DNA of 64,000 nucleotides from Bdellovibrionales bacterium. GTDB taxonomy: Bacteria > Bdellovibrionota > Bdellovibrionia > Bdellovibrionales > JAGQZY01. The stretch spans positions 352,001-416,000 of the forward strand of contig CAXRHT010000002.1 of the NCBI GenBank assembly GCA_964230645.1, given 5' to 3'. Below, in pieces: positions 8,685 to 19,070 of the stretch (position 1 is the first letter of the stretch; each line of letters begins with the position of its first letter). Position numbers and translations under genes: made by a program. Under the pieces are notes generated by a model. That model saw nothing but the letters and a program-made list of their open reading frames with translations, had not been told where the DNA came from and did no database searches.

Positions 8685-10946
8685 TTATTTCTTTTTACTT
8701 TTTTGAGCTTGGCTACTCACCGCGCGAACGACTTTTTTCACTTCGTCCTCAGTCATAAAACTTCCCTGCAGCCTTTCAATGGCTTTACCTTGCGCCATAT
8801 AGAGCATATCTCCGTTACCAAGAAGTTTCTCAGCTCCAGGCTGGTCAAGAATAGTGCGAGAATCAATTCCAGAGGAAACCTTAAAGGAAACCCTTGTTGG
8901 GAAGTTGGTTTTGATAAGTCCTGTCACGATGTCACTCGATGGTCTTTGGGTCGCCATGACCATATGGATTCCAGCGGCTCGGGCTTTTTGAGCGATACGA
9001 GTAATTGGTCTTTCCACTTCTTGTCTTTGGGTGAGCATAAGGTCAGCCAACTCATCGATAACAATCACGATGTAGGGCATCTCTTCAAACTTCCAATCAA
9101 TTTTTTTATTCAGACGTCCCTCAACCGATCGTTTAGAACCTTTCTTTACAGCTTGGTTAAAGCTCACAATATTTTTTGACTGCATGTCGGCAAATATTTG
9201 ATAACGCTTATCCATTTCTTTTTCCGCCCACAATAGAAGATTTTTTGCTTCCTCAACATCGGTGATCACTGGCTTAAGTAAATGAGGGATGCCGTTATAA
9301 GGACTTAGCTCAATCATCTTTGGATCGATCATAAGAAAGCGAAGCTCCTTGGGCGATTTATGAAAAATCAAACCTGAGATCAAAGAATTCATAAAAACCG
9401 ATTTCCCTGAACCAGTGGTTCCTGAAACAAGAAGATGAGGCATTTTTGTTAAATCATTGACGTGAGCATTGTTATAAACATCCACTCCAAGAGGAATCGG
9501 TAGTTCAAGACTGCGTTTTTTCATGCATGTTGTAATAAGCTCGGAAAATCTCAGCATGGCCACTTCTTTATTGGGAACCTCAATTCCCACTGTGGTTTTT
9601 CCAGGTATGGGTGTGAGGATACGAATGGCTTTAGCTCCCAGAACCAGGGCGAGATCATCGCTTAAACTCTGAATTTTAGAAAGCTTCATTCCGGCAGCCG
9701 GCTGAAATTCAAACATGGTCAAAGTCACCCCTTGATGGGCGCCAATAATTTTTCCTTTGATGCCAAAACTTTCAAGACGCTCTTTCAAAACCTCACAAAC
9801 TTCGTTGATTTCTTTTTCTGTTTTTGTAGTTTTCTTCTCTGGCTTTTCAAGAAGACAGGTGTCTACTTTCTTATAGCGTTTGGTCCAAGTTTCGATTTCC
9901 ACTTCATCTTCTTGTTGGCTGGTATCCAGATTTTCTACAGAGGCTTTCTCCTCTTTTTCTTCATCAACCTTTTCCTCAGCTGTTTTTTTCTTTCTTGATT
10001 TTGTTTTTTTAGCCTCGGTTTCCGCTATTTTTGAATTGTCCGTTTTTGTTTCCTTTGGCTTCGTCGTCTCAACAGCAACGGGTTGCTCTACTGGTGGTTG
10101 AGCCTGGTCTTGGATCGAAACTTCTTCTTCACTACTTAAATTTCCAGCATTGGGTTGAACGTTCTCTGGCGTGTGAAAATGATCTGTGGTTAGGCGTCCA
10201 CCATAATAAGGACTGGTCGCCCAGTTTTTACGATGAAAGGACTGCACATCCATGTCACGTTTAAATGTAGACTGAGAGCTATTTTGTCCGGAGGAAGCGT
10301 ATTGAGGTTTTTGATCAATAAAATCAATCACCCCTTCACCCCATGACTTCAAGGCTTGTGGTCCTTGCTCTCTGACATTTTTAAAGATCTCTTGGAAAAT
10401 ATCTTTCATCACATAAAAAGAGTGCACGATTTCCATAAAACCGGCCGAAATTCCAATGATTGAAGTGAGGCAAAATAAAATAACAAGAGCTCCGTAAAGA
10501 CCAAAGCTTTGGTAAAGGATGCCTCCGATAACAGAGCCAAACCAACCGCCATAACCGTTTGCAAAAAGGTTTGATACATTCCAGGCGTTGTAAGCTTCAA
10601 GCACAGTTAAAAAACTTGAGATGAGGAGCATTACGGTAAAATAAAGCGCGAAACTTTTAAGGTACATTTTATAACCACGCACGAGATCACGCACGTAAAG
10701 AGCTGTTCCTAAAGTCATATGCCCCATATGAAGCACGAAGATCACAAAGAAAAAATAGGTGTAGCCAAAAGAGCTAAAACCTTTTTGGATCATGGCTGAA
10801 CCTGTGCTTCCAGCGGCGTTAATGAAATTTTGAGGACTCAAGGAAAGATAGAACAATCCGCCCACAGCAATGGAGAGCGAGAAAGTTATAGTCAGCAGAA
10901 ATATGATTTCCTGTAAGCGTGTTTCTAGTCGTGATATCTTCAGCAT
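8685..10946 (-). CDS. ftsK: FtsK/SpoIIIE DNA translocase lacking the C-terminal gamma domain
   Basis: N-terminal TM region, charged linker, alpha domain (IPGKTTVGIEVPN), Walker A GTTGSGKS, IDELADLM, ATQRPS, GAEKLLGNGDML. Confidence 0.9.
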   Translation of the reverse strand: MLKISRLETRLQEIIFLLTITFSLSIAVGGLFYLSLSPQNFINAAGSTGSAMIQKGFSSFGYTYFFFVIFVLHMGHMTLGTALYVRDLVRGYKMYLKSFALYFTVMLLISSFLTVLEAYNAWNVSNLFANGYGGWFGSVIGGILYQSFGLYGALVILFCLTSIIGISAGFMEIVHSFYVMKDIFQEIFKNVREQGPQALKSWGEGVIDFIDQKPQYASSGQNSSQSTFKRDMDVQSFHRKNWATSPYYGGRLTTDHFHTPENVQPNAGNLSSEEEVSIQDQAQPPVEQPVAVETTKPKETKTDNSKIAETEAKKTKSRKKKTAEEKVDEEKEEKASVENLDTSQQEDEVEIETWTKRYKKVDTCLLEKPEKKTTKTEKEINEVCEVLKERLESFGIKGKIIGAHQGVTLTMFEFQPAAGMKLSKIQSLSDDLALVLGAKAIRILTPIPGKTTVGIEVPNKEVAMLRFSELITTCMKKRSLELPIPLGVDVYNNAHVNDLTKMPHLLVSGTTGSGKSVFMNSLISGLIFHKSPKELRFLMIDPKMIELSPYNGIPHLLKPVITDVEEAKNLLLWAEKEMDKRYQIFADMQSKNIVSFNQAVKKGSKRSVEGRLNKKIDWKFEEMPYIVIVIDELADLMLTQRQEVERPITRIAQKARAAGIHMVMATQRPSSDIVTGLIKTNFPTRVSFKVSSGIDSRTILDQPGAEKLLGNGDMLYMAQGKAIERLQGSFMTEDEVKKVVRAVSSQAQKSKKK

Positions 10947-11125
10947 AGTTTCCTCTAAAAATTGATATTATACTCTTTTATAGAGGTGCAATCCCTACGC
11001 CAGCTCAGCATGCTTTAATTTCGATTTGAAAGTGCTCGTATCCCCCCTTTGACCTTCATTGACAAAAATTGACGCCAGTACGATCAGCTCTAATGCAATT
11101 AGCATCGTCTTCCGATAGAATATCT

Positions 11126-12439
11126 ATGGTGTCGCGTAGGAAATTTCTAGAAAAATTAATAGGATCTTATGGGGTCACTAGCCTCTTTGCAAGCCCAGCA
11201 ATGGCTCAATTTGTTCCTTTCTCATTTTGGAACAAGTCCAGCCGTGACTTTCGCGTGAAGGTGGGAACTTTCGACATGGGAACATCTCTAGCCGGGACCG
11301 ACTTAAGTATTTCCGGAACTGGTTTTGAACCTAAAGCATTAATTTTTTATCAAAATGGACGTTCCAATAGTACCGACTCGTTCGGAGACGCGGACACAAT
11401 GCTTGGAATGGGGTTTGCCACTTCATCGACCTCCCAATGTTGCATTTTCAACTACCTCGACGACAGAGATGATGACACTGCGACAGCGGCGGGACGATTC
11501 CTACGAGATGATGCTTGTGTTGGATCGGCTTTAGATCGTTCCACTATCGATGGTCTAATGTCACTTAAGTCAATGGACAGTGATGGATTCACCCTCACCG
11601 TTGATGATGCGTTTTCCTCTAACAAAAGATGTCATTATGTTGCCCTTGGAGGAGCCGCGCTCGAGGGGGTCTACCTGGATAGCTTTACCGAACCAAATTC
11701 TATCGGAAGTTTTGATGTCACAGGAGTGCCTTTTCAACCCGACACAGCCGTTTTTCTATCCCAGGGAAATAGCACTGCAAATACCAACGACACGAATGCC
11801 CTTTTTGTTTTTGGAGCGGCTAACGACACAAATCAGTTTCATACGGGATTTTTCTCGAATCACTCTACGGGTCATGTCTCGAGCTATTCCCGAGGAGGTG
11901 AATGCTGGTCCAATTTTTTCAACTCGACCGGAGTAGGAGATTTCTCCTCAAGAATATCTCTGACATCGTTTCTCTCTAATGGGATGCGTTTTAATTGTCA
12001 TGAACGCACGGGCAATCGCTTGATATATTATTTAGCTCTCAAAGGACCTCAAACTCATATTGGAAACTTTCAAAGCCGAACCGACACTAATAATATTACA
12101 GTCACGGGTCATAGTGGAAAACCAAAGGGAGGTTTGTTTTTAAGCCATTGCGCCCCTGAGTCCTCACTCGCTACAACCGACCAAGGATCAAAAATCAGTA
12201 TTGGTGCTGTGGACCAATTTCTTAATCAAACAGTAGTAACCTGCACCGACACCTATAATGACGACCCCAATATCATTGGGTCTTCGGTAGGCTACAATTC
12301 TATTTATAATCAGCTCGATTATACTGGTACGCTACAGGGTTCCATGAGAATCACAAGCCTCGATTCAGCAGGGTTTTCGGCCATTATGAGTGATCCAGAC
12401 CCATCTGCCGTTGATATTTTCTATCTCGTCTTTGGATAG
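11126..12439 (+). CDS. Tat-exported beta-rich protein with three internal phage-tail-like repeats
   Basis: MVSRRKFL twin-arginine signal ending AMA (track ORF starts at 11069); repeats SGTGFEPKALIF, TGVPFQPDTAVF, TGHSGKPKGGLF. Confidence 0.65.
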   Translation: MVSRRKFLEKLIGSYGVTSLFASPAMAQFVPFSFWNKSSRDFRVKVGTFDMGTSLAGTDLSISGTGFEPKALIFYQNGRSNSTDSFGDADTMLGMGFATSSTSQCCIFNYLDDRDDDTATAAGRFLRDDACVGSALDRSTIDGLMSLKSMDSDGFTLTVDDAFSSNKRCHYVALGGAALEGVYLDSFTEPNSIGSFDVTGVPFQPDTAVFLSQGNSTANTNDTNALFVFGAANDTNQFHTGFFSNHSTGHVSSYSRGGECWSNFFNSTGVGDFSSRISLTSFLSNGMRFNCHERTGNRLIYYLALKGPQTHIGNFQSRTDTNNITVTGHSGKPKGGLFLSHCAPESSLATTDQGSKISIGAVDQFLNQTVVTCTDTYNDDPNIIGSSVGYNSIYNQLDYTGTLQGSMRITSLDSAGFSAIMSDPDPSAVDIFYLVFG

Positions 12440-12488
12440 ATCTTTTCTCCAAGTTTTTTTTACCTCTATTGATTTTTTTCGATACAAC

Positions 12489-13925
12489 CTAGAGACCACT
12501 AAAATAACCAGTCCCAGATCCCCATTTGGTAATAAGATTGCCACTATTATCAGTCACTCCGAACTTTCTACCTATCGCAGTAATAATGTGAGCGTGGTGC
12601 ATTCGATTTCCGATAAAACGTCCTGTGGAAATTTGCCCTCCTAAACTTCCGGCGGTCAGCCGACAAATGCCTCGCCCGTGAGGTTGGGCGTGAGAGGACC
12701 CATTGCCCATTCCCGAGCCAAACATAATCAGACTGTTATCGAGTAAGCTCATGCCATTACTCTCTGGGATAGCGTCCATTTTTTCCATAAGGTAGAGAAA
12801 TTTCCCCACATGCCATTTGTTCATTTCAATTAAACCTCTGCGCCCATCCTCATCAACGGCATGGGAAATGAGGTGAGCATTCGTATTGGCCGCGGGTCCA
12901 TTGTAACCTGGAATTCTGTCTCGGAGTGTATCGCCATTGTGTTCGGCATCAAGCATTTGAGTGGCCACTTGGGTGAGATTGCAAGAAAGTGCTAATACCA
13001 TAAGATCAAGCATATTCTTATTGCCGAGATCCAGATGGACTCTGCCATTACTTTTGATTTCATTTTTAAAAGGGTTGGTGTTGGTAGGCACATCGCACTG
13101 CTGTGAAGGTAGAGGATTCTCAGATTCTGAGGCGATGCCTCGTTCTACCTCTCTTATACTAGTCAAATACTGATCTAATTTTATTTTATCCGAAGCTCCG
13201 AGTTTTGTCTTTAAAGTATTGGCCTGCTGATAAACAAGATCAAGAACACTTTTGCGTGACTCCGCCAAATGGTCAATCTGACTCTCCCCTCCACTGCCCG
13301 GCTGATAATTAGAGAATAACGCCTTAAATACACTCATAGAGTTGGTATGGCGAGGCGCCACCTGGGACTGAGACTTCCAGGAAACATTGGCTAAAAAGAT
13401 ATTGGAGTTACGACCAGCATCTTTACTATTTGGCCCGTAAGTCATTGGGAAGGGGGCCATGATTAGGGGTTTACAACCCAGCTGCTCAGCTATGGCAATG
13501 TCCATTGATTTTGCAGGGTAGCGCAGTTTTAAAGCACCACCCTCATCGTTTCGAGTGTTTCTAACACCGGTCAGAAAACTTGCAATATTCGACCAATGAC
13601 CATCTTGTTTGTTAGCTAAATATTCTGGGTTGTGAAGTCCGTTGAAATAATTCAATTTACTTTGAAAAGAAGCTAGAGGCGAAAGACTTCTTGAAAGCTT
13701 CCAGTCAGAGATTGACTGCCCTGGTGTGCACTCCCAATAATTTTTATTCGTACCCGGCTCCCCGTATTGGAGAGCTCCATTAGAAAACCATAGGGTAATA
13801 AAACGCTTAGGCGCCTCAGCAGCATAGGCTCGACAGGGAATCATGGCTTCAAGAAAGGGTAAAGCAATGGTAATCCCCGCTCCACGCAGGAAAGTTCTTC
13901 GATCGATTTGCCAACTTTTCTTCAT
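12489..13925 (-). CDS. DUF1552 (HXXSHH-type) Tat-exported protein
   Basis: DRRTFLRGAGITIALPFLEAM, KSVLD, KLDQYLTSIREVE, HLISH, SLLDNSLIMFGSGMGNG. Confidence 0.88.
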   Translation of the reverse strand: MKKSWQIDRRTFLRGAGITIALPFLEAMIPCRAYAAEAPKRFITLWFSNGALQYGEPGTNKNYWECTPGQSISDWKLSRSLSPLASFQSKLNYFNGLHNPEYLANKQDGHWSNIASFLTGVRNTRNDEGGALKLRYPAKSMDIAIAEQLGCKPLIMAPFPMTYGPNSKDAGRNSNIFLANVSWKSQSQVAPRHTNSMSVFKALFSNYQPGSGGESQIDHLAESRKSVLDLVYQQANTLKTKLGASDKIKLDQYLTSIREVERGIASESENPLPSQQCDVPTNTNPFKNEIKSNGRVHLDLGNKNMLDLMVLALSCNLTQVATQMLDAEHNGDTLRDRIPGYNGPAANTNAHLISHAVDEDGRRGLIEMNKWHVGKFLYLMEKMDAIPESNGMSLLDNSLIMFGSGMGNGSSHAQPHGRGICRLTAGSLGGQISTGRFIGNRMHHAHIITAIGRKFGVTDNSGNLITKWGSGTGYFSGL

Positions 13926-16234
13926 TGTGATCCACCTTGTTGTGTTCGAAAGCGAGGACTAGTTACGACTTTAACGATGAGATCAACAATCCCATCATTG
14001 GAAGTCATTTCATTGGAGATGCGTTCCACTTCACACTTATCAGCCGCGACCACTGGTCTACCGAGTCCATAACTTAACATTTTTTCAGTGATACATTTCT
14101 TAAATTTGCCGGCGCCTTTGCTTCCAAGAATATCAATAAGTCCTTCATGATTACTAAAACTTCCCATTTCCGGAAGATCACCATAAGCCTCGACAGCAAA
14201 ATTATTGGAGCTATAGTGTGTACGAAACTGCCCAACCGGATCAAAATGTTCCAGTCCGAAACCAATTGGGTCCATGGAGTAGTGACAACTGGCACACTGT
14301 GGATTGGCGCGATGAACAGCAATCTTCTCTCTTACCGATAGATCCGATACATCAATACTCTCATCGACAAAATCGGCCACATTATCAGGGGCGGCTGGGG
14401 GGGAGTCACAAAGAATATCAGCGAGCACAAAATGCCCTCTTTTTATGGGACTCGTCTCATCCTCCCCAGAGGTAAGGGCTAGAATTCCAGCGTGTGTTAA
14501 CACGCCTTTGCGGCCATCTGCCCCGACAAGACTTACCTTTTGAAACTCCTCTCCATTGACACCACCAATGTTGTAAAGCTCAGAAAGGTTTCCATCGATA
14601 AATGTATAGTTCGCATTTAATATTAGAAGTGGGTTTGCATTGCTTGCAATGAGGTCATAAAAGAATTCGTCCGTCTCCTGTTTCATGGACTGTTTTAAAC
14701 TGTTATCAAAATCATTGATAACAGTTTGGGATTTACTTAAGTCCATAATTTTGTCCGTGTGAAGCCATTGACCACTAAAGTTTTCCGCAAAACGACGGGC
14801 TTTGGCATGGGTGAGCATTCTTCGGGTTTGCTGTGCTAAAACCTGTGGTTCAGTCAAGCGACCGTTTTGCGCAAGGGCAAGTAACTCCTCATCAGGAACA
14901 CTGCTCCAGAGAAAAGTGGAAAGGCGCGTGGCTAGCTCATCACCGGTGAGATCATGTTTATAATTCGGATTGTCAGGCTCAGCCACATTCACAACTTGAT
15001 AAAGAAAGTGGGGAGATAGCAGAATCGACTCTAAGGCCAGTTGAAGAGAGTTTTCAAAAGATAGACCTTTTGATAGCGCTTGATTAGCGATCTGTATATG
15101 AGACTCAATCGGAGCAAAGCTTGCTGGTTTGCGAAAAGCCTTCTCAGCGAACTGCCTCACCTTAGTCTCAATACAAGATAGGTTTTGCGGCCCTGAAGAA
15201 TTAAACTCAAGGGAGACAACATCAACTTGCCGACTCTTATCAGCCAATGCATTCTCTAAATGCAGACCAATCTTATAGTTTTGATTGGCCGAAAATGAGA
15301 AGGGAACTGAGACTTCTTGTGGGGATTCTCCATTGATAACGATCCCTGATGCCACTGTATTGTCATTGATATTTATCTTTAATAATGGCCAAACACCACC
15401 ACTTTGCTTTCCACTGGCCTTAACTTTTAACTGATTATAATTTCTGTTTAATGCGGATCCTGGAACTTCAAACACCAACCAACTGGCTTGGTCTTGAGCT
15501 TTTGTTACAGGCTTAATGTTATTGCCATTTTCAAAGAGGTAGACATAGGGGGCAGACTTACTAACAAGGGTGCCTTGATTCGAGCTTCCACAATTAAGGA
15601 GAGGGCTTGAAGGCGCATTAAGGCTTCGCTGAATAGAAGCACCTGAAAACTCAAGAAGAGTCTGCGCTAGATCCGGAGTGAACAGTTGGTACTCTCCGTG
15701 AGTTTTAAAGCCATCAGGGGCTGCACCGTCGGCGGGAAAATTAATATCGGGCAATTCAGAAAGTTCAAGAAGATCTTTGACAGCTAACTGGTACTCCTTT
15801 GAATTAAAACGCCTTAAGGTAACAGGACTAGAAGTTTTATTGGTGCACTGCCCTCCTCCAAGTCCCGCCCATTTTTTTAAAGCCAAGACATCACAGTCCG
15901 AGACTCTTTCCATAGGAGGCGGAGGCATTGGAAGGGATTGACTTTCCATTCGCTCCACAATTTTTCCAAAGGTATCAAGATTATTTTTAGCAAAAGCCTC
16001 GGATTCAAAATCGAGAAGATTAAGACCGCCGGATGGATTTTCAGCTCCATGGCACCCCACACAGTTAGATAGAATCGGCCTAACATGAGTTTTAAAATCG
16101 ATTACCTCGGGATGGCCGCAAACACCAAGGCTATTAGCACCCAACTCTGCACTGGTGTCTTTTTGAAAACCAGGACCACAGGACTGATAAAGAAGAATGG
16201 CAGGAATTATTATAAAAAGCCATCGTAATGCCAA
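13922..16234 (-). CDS. c-type cytochrome lipoprotein of the DUF1587/1595/1592/1588/1585 family
   Basis: CVGCH with MPP (Planctomycete-type cytochrome c), LRRFNSKEY, ELATRLSTFLWSSVPD, TSPIKRG, CASCH..MDPIGFGLEHFD; overlaps the DUF1552 start. Confidence 0.88.
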   Translation of the reverse strand: MALRWLFIIIPAILLYQSCGPGFQKDTSAELGANSLGVCGHPEVIDFKTHVRPILSNCVGCHGAENPSGGLNLLDFESEAFAKNNLDTFGKIVERMESQSLPMPPPPMERVSDCDVLALKKWAGLGGGQCTNKTSSPVTLRRFNSKEYQLAVKDLLELSELPDINFPADGAAPDGFKTHGEYQLFTPDLAQTLLEFSGASIQRSLNAPSSPLLNCGSSNQGTLVSKSAPYVYLFENGNNIKPVTKAQDQASWLVFEVPGSALNRNYNQLKVKASGKQSGGVWPLLKININDNTVASGIVINGESPQEVSVPFSFSANQNYKIGLHLENALADKSRQVDVVSLEFNSSGPQNLSCIETKVRQFAEKAFRKPASFAPIESHIQIANQALSKGLSFENSLQLALESILLSPHFLYQVVNVAEPDNPNYKHDLTGDELATRLSTFLWSSVPDEELLALAQNGRLTEPQVLAQQTRRMLTHAKARRFAENFSGQWLHTDKIMDLSKSQTVINDFDNSLKQSMKQETDEFFYDLIASNANPLLILNANYTFIDGNLSELYNIGGVNGEEFQKVSLVGADGRKGVLTHAGILALTSGEDETSPIKRGHFVLADILCDSPPAAPDNVADFVDESIDVSDLSVREKIAVHRANPQCASCHYSMDPIGFGLEHFDPVGQFRTHYSSNNFAVEAYGDLPEMGSFSNHEGLIDILGSKGAGKFKKCITEKMLSYGLGRPVVAADKCEVERISNEMTSNDGIVDLIVKVVTSPRFRTQQGGSQ

Positions 16235-16494
16235 GATTTCACCCCACCTTTAGAGCCCAAACTTAAACTCTTTTCGTCTTGTGTCTAGTATACAACACCC
16301 ATGCTAAAAATTAATGGGTTGTCTAGAATTGAGATCTAGAAATGTCCACTAAAAAGCATTCGAGGCAAGAGAGTCTTTTATTTTTAATCTGGGAGTTTTT
16401 TTCAGATTAACGAGTAAAATATTTCGGCCATGTTTTGTACATGGGAAGATAAAATCCCACTTAGACGGGACCCATAATTTTGAAATTTTCCAAT

Positions 16495-16523
16495 AAAAAA
16501 AGCCCTCAAAAAAAGAGGGCTTT
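16495..16523 (-). terminator. rho-independent terminator
   Basis: aaagccctc/gagggcttt stem with A run. Confidence 0.75.
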
Positions 16524-16556
16524 AAATAAAAAATTAGCCTGCGAAAGCAACCAACT

Positions 16557-17111
16557 TTATCCTTGCTCGATATGACCTAAAGAAACCATTTCGCCATCAA
16601 CAAAGTCGACCTGAAAACGAACTTGACCACTGAGGATAAGGGCGGCTGGCTCATTGTAGCCTCCAAGCTCTAGTGACTCTACCCAAAGGACGACGGCACA
16701 AGTCACTCCTGGCTCCATAACACTGGTGTAGTTTGCGTTTTCACAAGCTAGAAAATGAGTCTTAATTGTAAACTCTTTTCCCTCAGCAATCTGTGGTAGG
16801 GCTACATCGCGACCATAAGTTCCAACGTATTGAGCCACTTGGTGAATCAGTTGAGCTTGCTCACTGGGACTCATGTTTTGAGCCTTAGGAACAAAGCTCT
16901 TTACGTCCATAGTCGCATTGGTTTTTTCCTCAGAGAGAGTGGTGAAGACGAAATCAGGGTACTGAGTTTTATAAAGTTCGGTAACGCGGGAAATATCCAT
17001 TTTTTGGAATTTTTCAATGTACTGAGCCGTCTCACTGATGCTCAAGGGTGAGTTGGCCTGAGCGCCTACTGCGAACAATAAAACGACTAAAGAAAATAGG
17101 GTCTTTTTCAT
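16557..17111 (-). CDS. secreted hypothetical protein
   Basis: Signal peptide ending AQA; AAGGA RBS; terminator. Confidence 0.75.
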   Translation of the reverse strand: MKKTLFSLVVLLFAVGAQANSPLSISETAQYIEKFQKMDISRVTELYKTQYPDFVFTTLSEEKTNATMDVKSFVPKAQNMSPSEQAQLIHQVAQYVGTYGRDVALPQIAEGKEFTIKTHFLACENANYTSVMEPGVTCAVVLWVESLELGGYNEPAALILSGQVRFQVDFVDGEMVSLGHIEQG

Positions 17112-17189
17112 ATTAAATCCTTTGTTTGTTGTTAAGTGGGTTTAAGTTTTGCAGGCAAACTGTCTCATTTTGGGGCATCTGTCAGGCTA

Positions 17190-17211
17190 TTTTTTTACTT
17201 TAGTAAAAAAA
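17190..17211. promoter_or_regulatory. putative TetR operator
   Basis: Palindrome TTTTTTTACT-TT-AGTAAAAAAA between divergent genes, 28 nt before the TetR start. Confidence 0.45.
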
Positions 17212-17239
17212 ACATTTATATTAGTTAAAAAGGAAAAAA

Positions 17240-17827
17240 GTGGATAATCTTTTCATTCAGGACTCAGCCAAACAACTTATTCTCTCAGCCGCTTTGAAAT
17301 TTCTATACGAAAATCCGTCGGATCAATTGAGTCTAGCCTCCATAGCCCGCACGGCTAAAACTTCTAAACCACGAGTGGCCTATCATTTTAAAAATGTGAA
17401 TGAGGTATTTATTGAACTCTCTATGGCTTGGGCGAAAAGTGGTAAGTTTTTTACAGACCAATACCTGGGAAAACACCTTGGCTCGAGTCCCCATGAAATT
17501 ATAATTTTGATCGGTGATGCCACCTTTGAATGGCAAAAAAATAACCCGAAAATTGCTCACATCACTCCCCTGCTAATTCATCTGTCAAAAGTGAACGGGG
17601 AGATCCGTGTGATTATGGATCAAGCGATGGTAAAAGGTGTCGGTCGGATCGAGGACTTATTAAAAAAAGAAGGGAAATTTCCTAAAAAAGAAATGAGTAC
17701 AAGAGCCTTTAGTCTTCACAATACTATTATTGGAAGTTTTCTAGCTTCTCAAATATTGACAGAAAAAGGCCGCGCCGAGCAGAGAAAAAGACTTAATAAA
17801 TCTCTAATACTTCAGCTAAAGGTTTAA
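17240..17827 (+). CDS. TetR/AcrR family regulator
   Basis: N-terminal HTH ILSAA...SLASIARTAKTSKPRVAYHF. Confidence 0.85.
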   Translation: MDNLFIQDSAKQLILSAALKFLYENPSDQLSLASIARTAKTSKPRVAYHFKNVNEVFIELSMAWAKSGKFFTDQYLGKHLGSSPHEIIILIGDATFEWQKNNPKIAHITPLLIHLSKVNGEIRVIMDQAMVKGVGRIEDLLKKEGKFPKKEMSTRAFSLHNTIIGSFLASQILTEKGRAEQRKRLNKSLILQLKV

Positions 17828-18096
17828 GTGATTTTTAGGCTGCGAAACTCTTCATGGCGGTCCATGAAGTCGGCAACGTAGGAACAACTGGGATAAACTT
17901 TTTTTCCCGTTGATTTGGCGAATTCAAGAGCGGCTTGGGCGAGCTTACCGGCGATCCCCTGGCCCCTTTGCTTTCTCGGCACATAAGTTTGGAAGATTTC
18001 TAATTTATCTTCCCCTAAATCTCTGTATTTTAAAAAAGCTAAATCTTGGCCAAACTTTAAAAAGAATTTATTTTTTTCCGAATTGTGCTTAATCAT
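17824..18096 (-). CDS. small GNAT acetyltransferase (YjdJ-like)
   Basis: TYVPRKQRGQGIAGKL...PSCSYV. Confidence 0.88.
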   Translation of the reverse strand: MIKHNSEKNKFFLKFGQDLAFLKYRDLGEDKLEIFQTYVPRKQRGQGIAGKLAQAALEFAKSTGKKVYPSCSYVADFMDRHEEFRSLKIT

Positions 18097-18251
18097 CCAT
18101 CCTTCCTGGGAAAAGTATTATGTTACGCCTGAAAATAGACTAAATAATAAGGTCAAACCTTCTATTAAACATAAACAGGAATTAAAGAAATTGTGTAGGA
18201 AAATACTGATATTACCACCTTCTCGAATAGAATAAGCACTGAGTAGTAATA

Positions 18252-19070
18252 TTAGTAGTAGCGCGGCATTTCGATACTATTCGGATTCTGAGAACCAGAG
18301 CGCATAAAAGTGTCCATGGGAGAATTAGGATTAGCGAGCATATTATTGAGACCGCCCATCCAACCGTTAACAAAGTTGAGCATTCCAGCCTGGTTGTCTC
18401 CTGAGATCATTTCAAAAGCCAATTGCATCTCTTGGCGTCGGTTGCGCATATAATTCGTACTGGGCTCCTCGGCGTCTTCAGAAAAAAGGCGATACTCTGT
18501 CGTTTCGAAAGAGTCGCTAAAATCCACTCGGTTAGCGGCATTAGCCTCATCATCTTCCTCTTCTTGATCTTCACCCACTCCACCCCAGTCGCCTGTGTTA
18601 GTATCTTCAGGAACATGGAAAGTACGAGGCTCTGGCGCTTCATAACTTTGCTCACCGAGAGGCGAAACCGTCGTTTCTGAGGCAAAACTTCTAAGGCTCT
18701 GGCTGATTTTTGCTTGTTTGTTTTTAAGTCTAAGACCAAATTTAGTTAGTACGGCTTTTTTAAATATATTGGAGTGTTTCACCTCTTGTTCGGAAAAGGC
18801 GATTCCGTTGAGTCTAATATAAACATCTTCTGTACCAACAAAATCAAAACGCAGATATACGCCTTTGTAGCGAAAGGCTAAGGATTGCCCTTGGGCTTTG
18901 ATGTCAGTGATCGGGACTCCTTTTTCAGCCGCACTCATTTGCTTGGCATAAGAAGGGTTGAATCGACTCATAAACTCGAAAGCTGACATCTTCTTCCCTT
19001 CACTTCGCGCTGTGAAAGCAGAAAGTCCAAGGAACATTAAAATGATAAAAACAACTCTAAACTTCTTCAT
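18252..19070 (-). CDS. exported hypothetical protein with basic N-domain and acidic linker
   Basis: GGAG RBS before MKKFRVV (track ORF starts at 19118); signal peptide. Confidence 0.65.
   Translation of the reverse strand: MKKFRVVFIILMFLGLSAFTARSEGKKMSAFEFMSRFNPSYAKQMSAAEKGVPITDIKAQGQSLAFRYKGVYLRFDFVGTEDVYIRLNGIAFSEQEVKHSNIFKKAVLTKFGLRLKNKQAKISQSLRSFASETTVSPLGEQSYEAPEPRTFHVPEDTNTGDWGGVGEDQEEEDDEANAANRVDFSDSFETTEYRLFSEDAEEPSTNYMRNRRQEMQLAFEMISGDNQAGMLNFVNGWMGGLNNMLANPNSPMDTFMRSGSQNPNSIEMPRYY

Noticed and set aside
11126..12439. Prophage
   Set aside because: Only one phage-like domain protein, which carries an export signal; no integrase, terminase or capsid genes.
18105..18130. dif site (TTATGTTA)
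   Set aside because: Only a partial XerD-arm match with no XerC arm; it sits in the GNAT upstream region.
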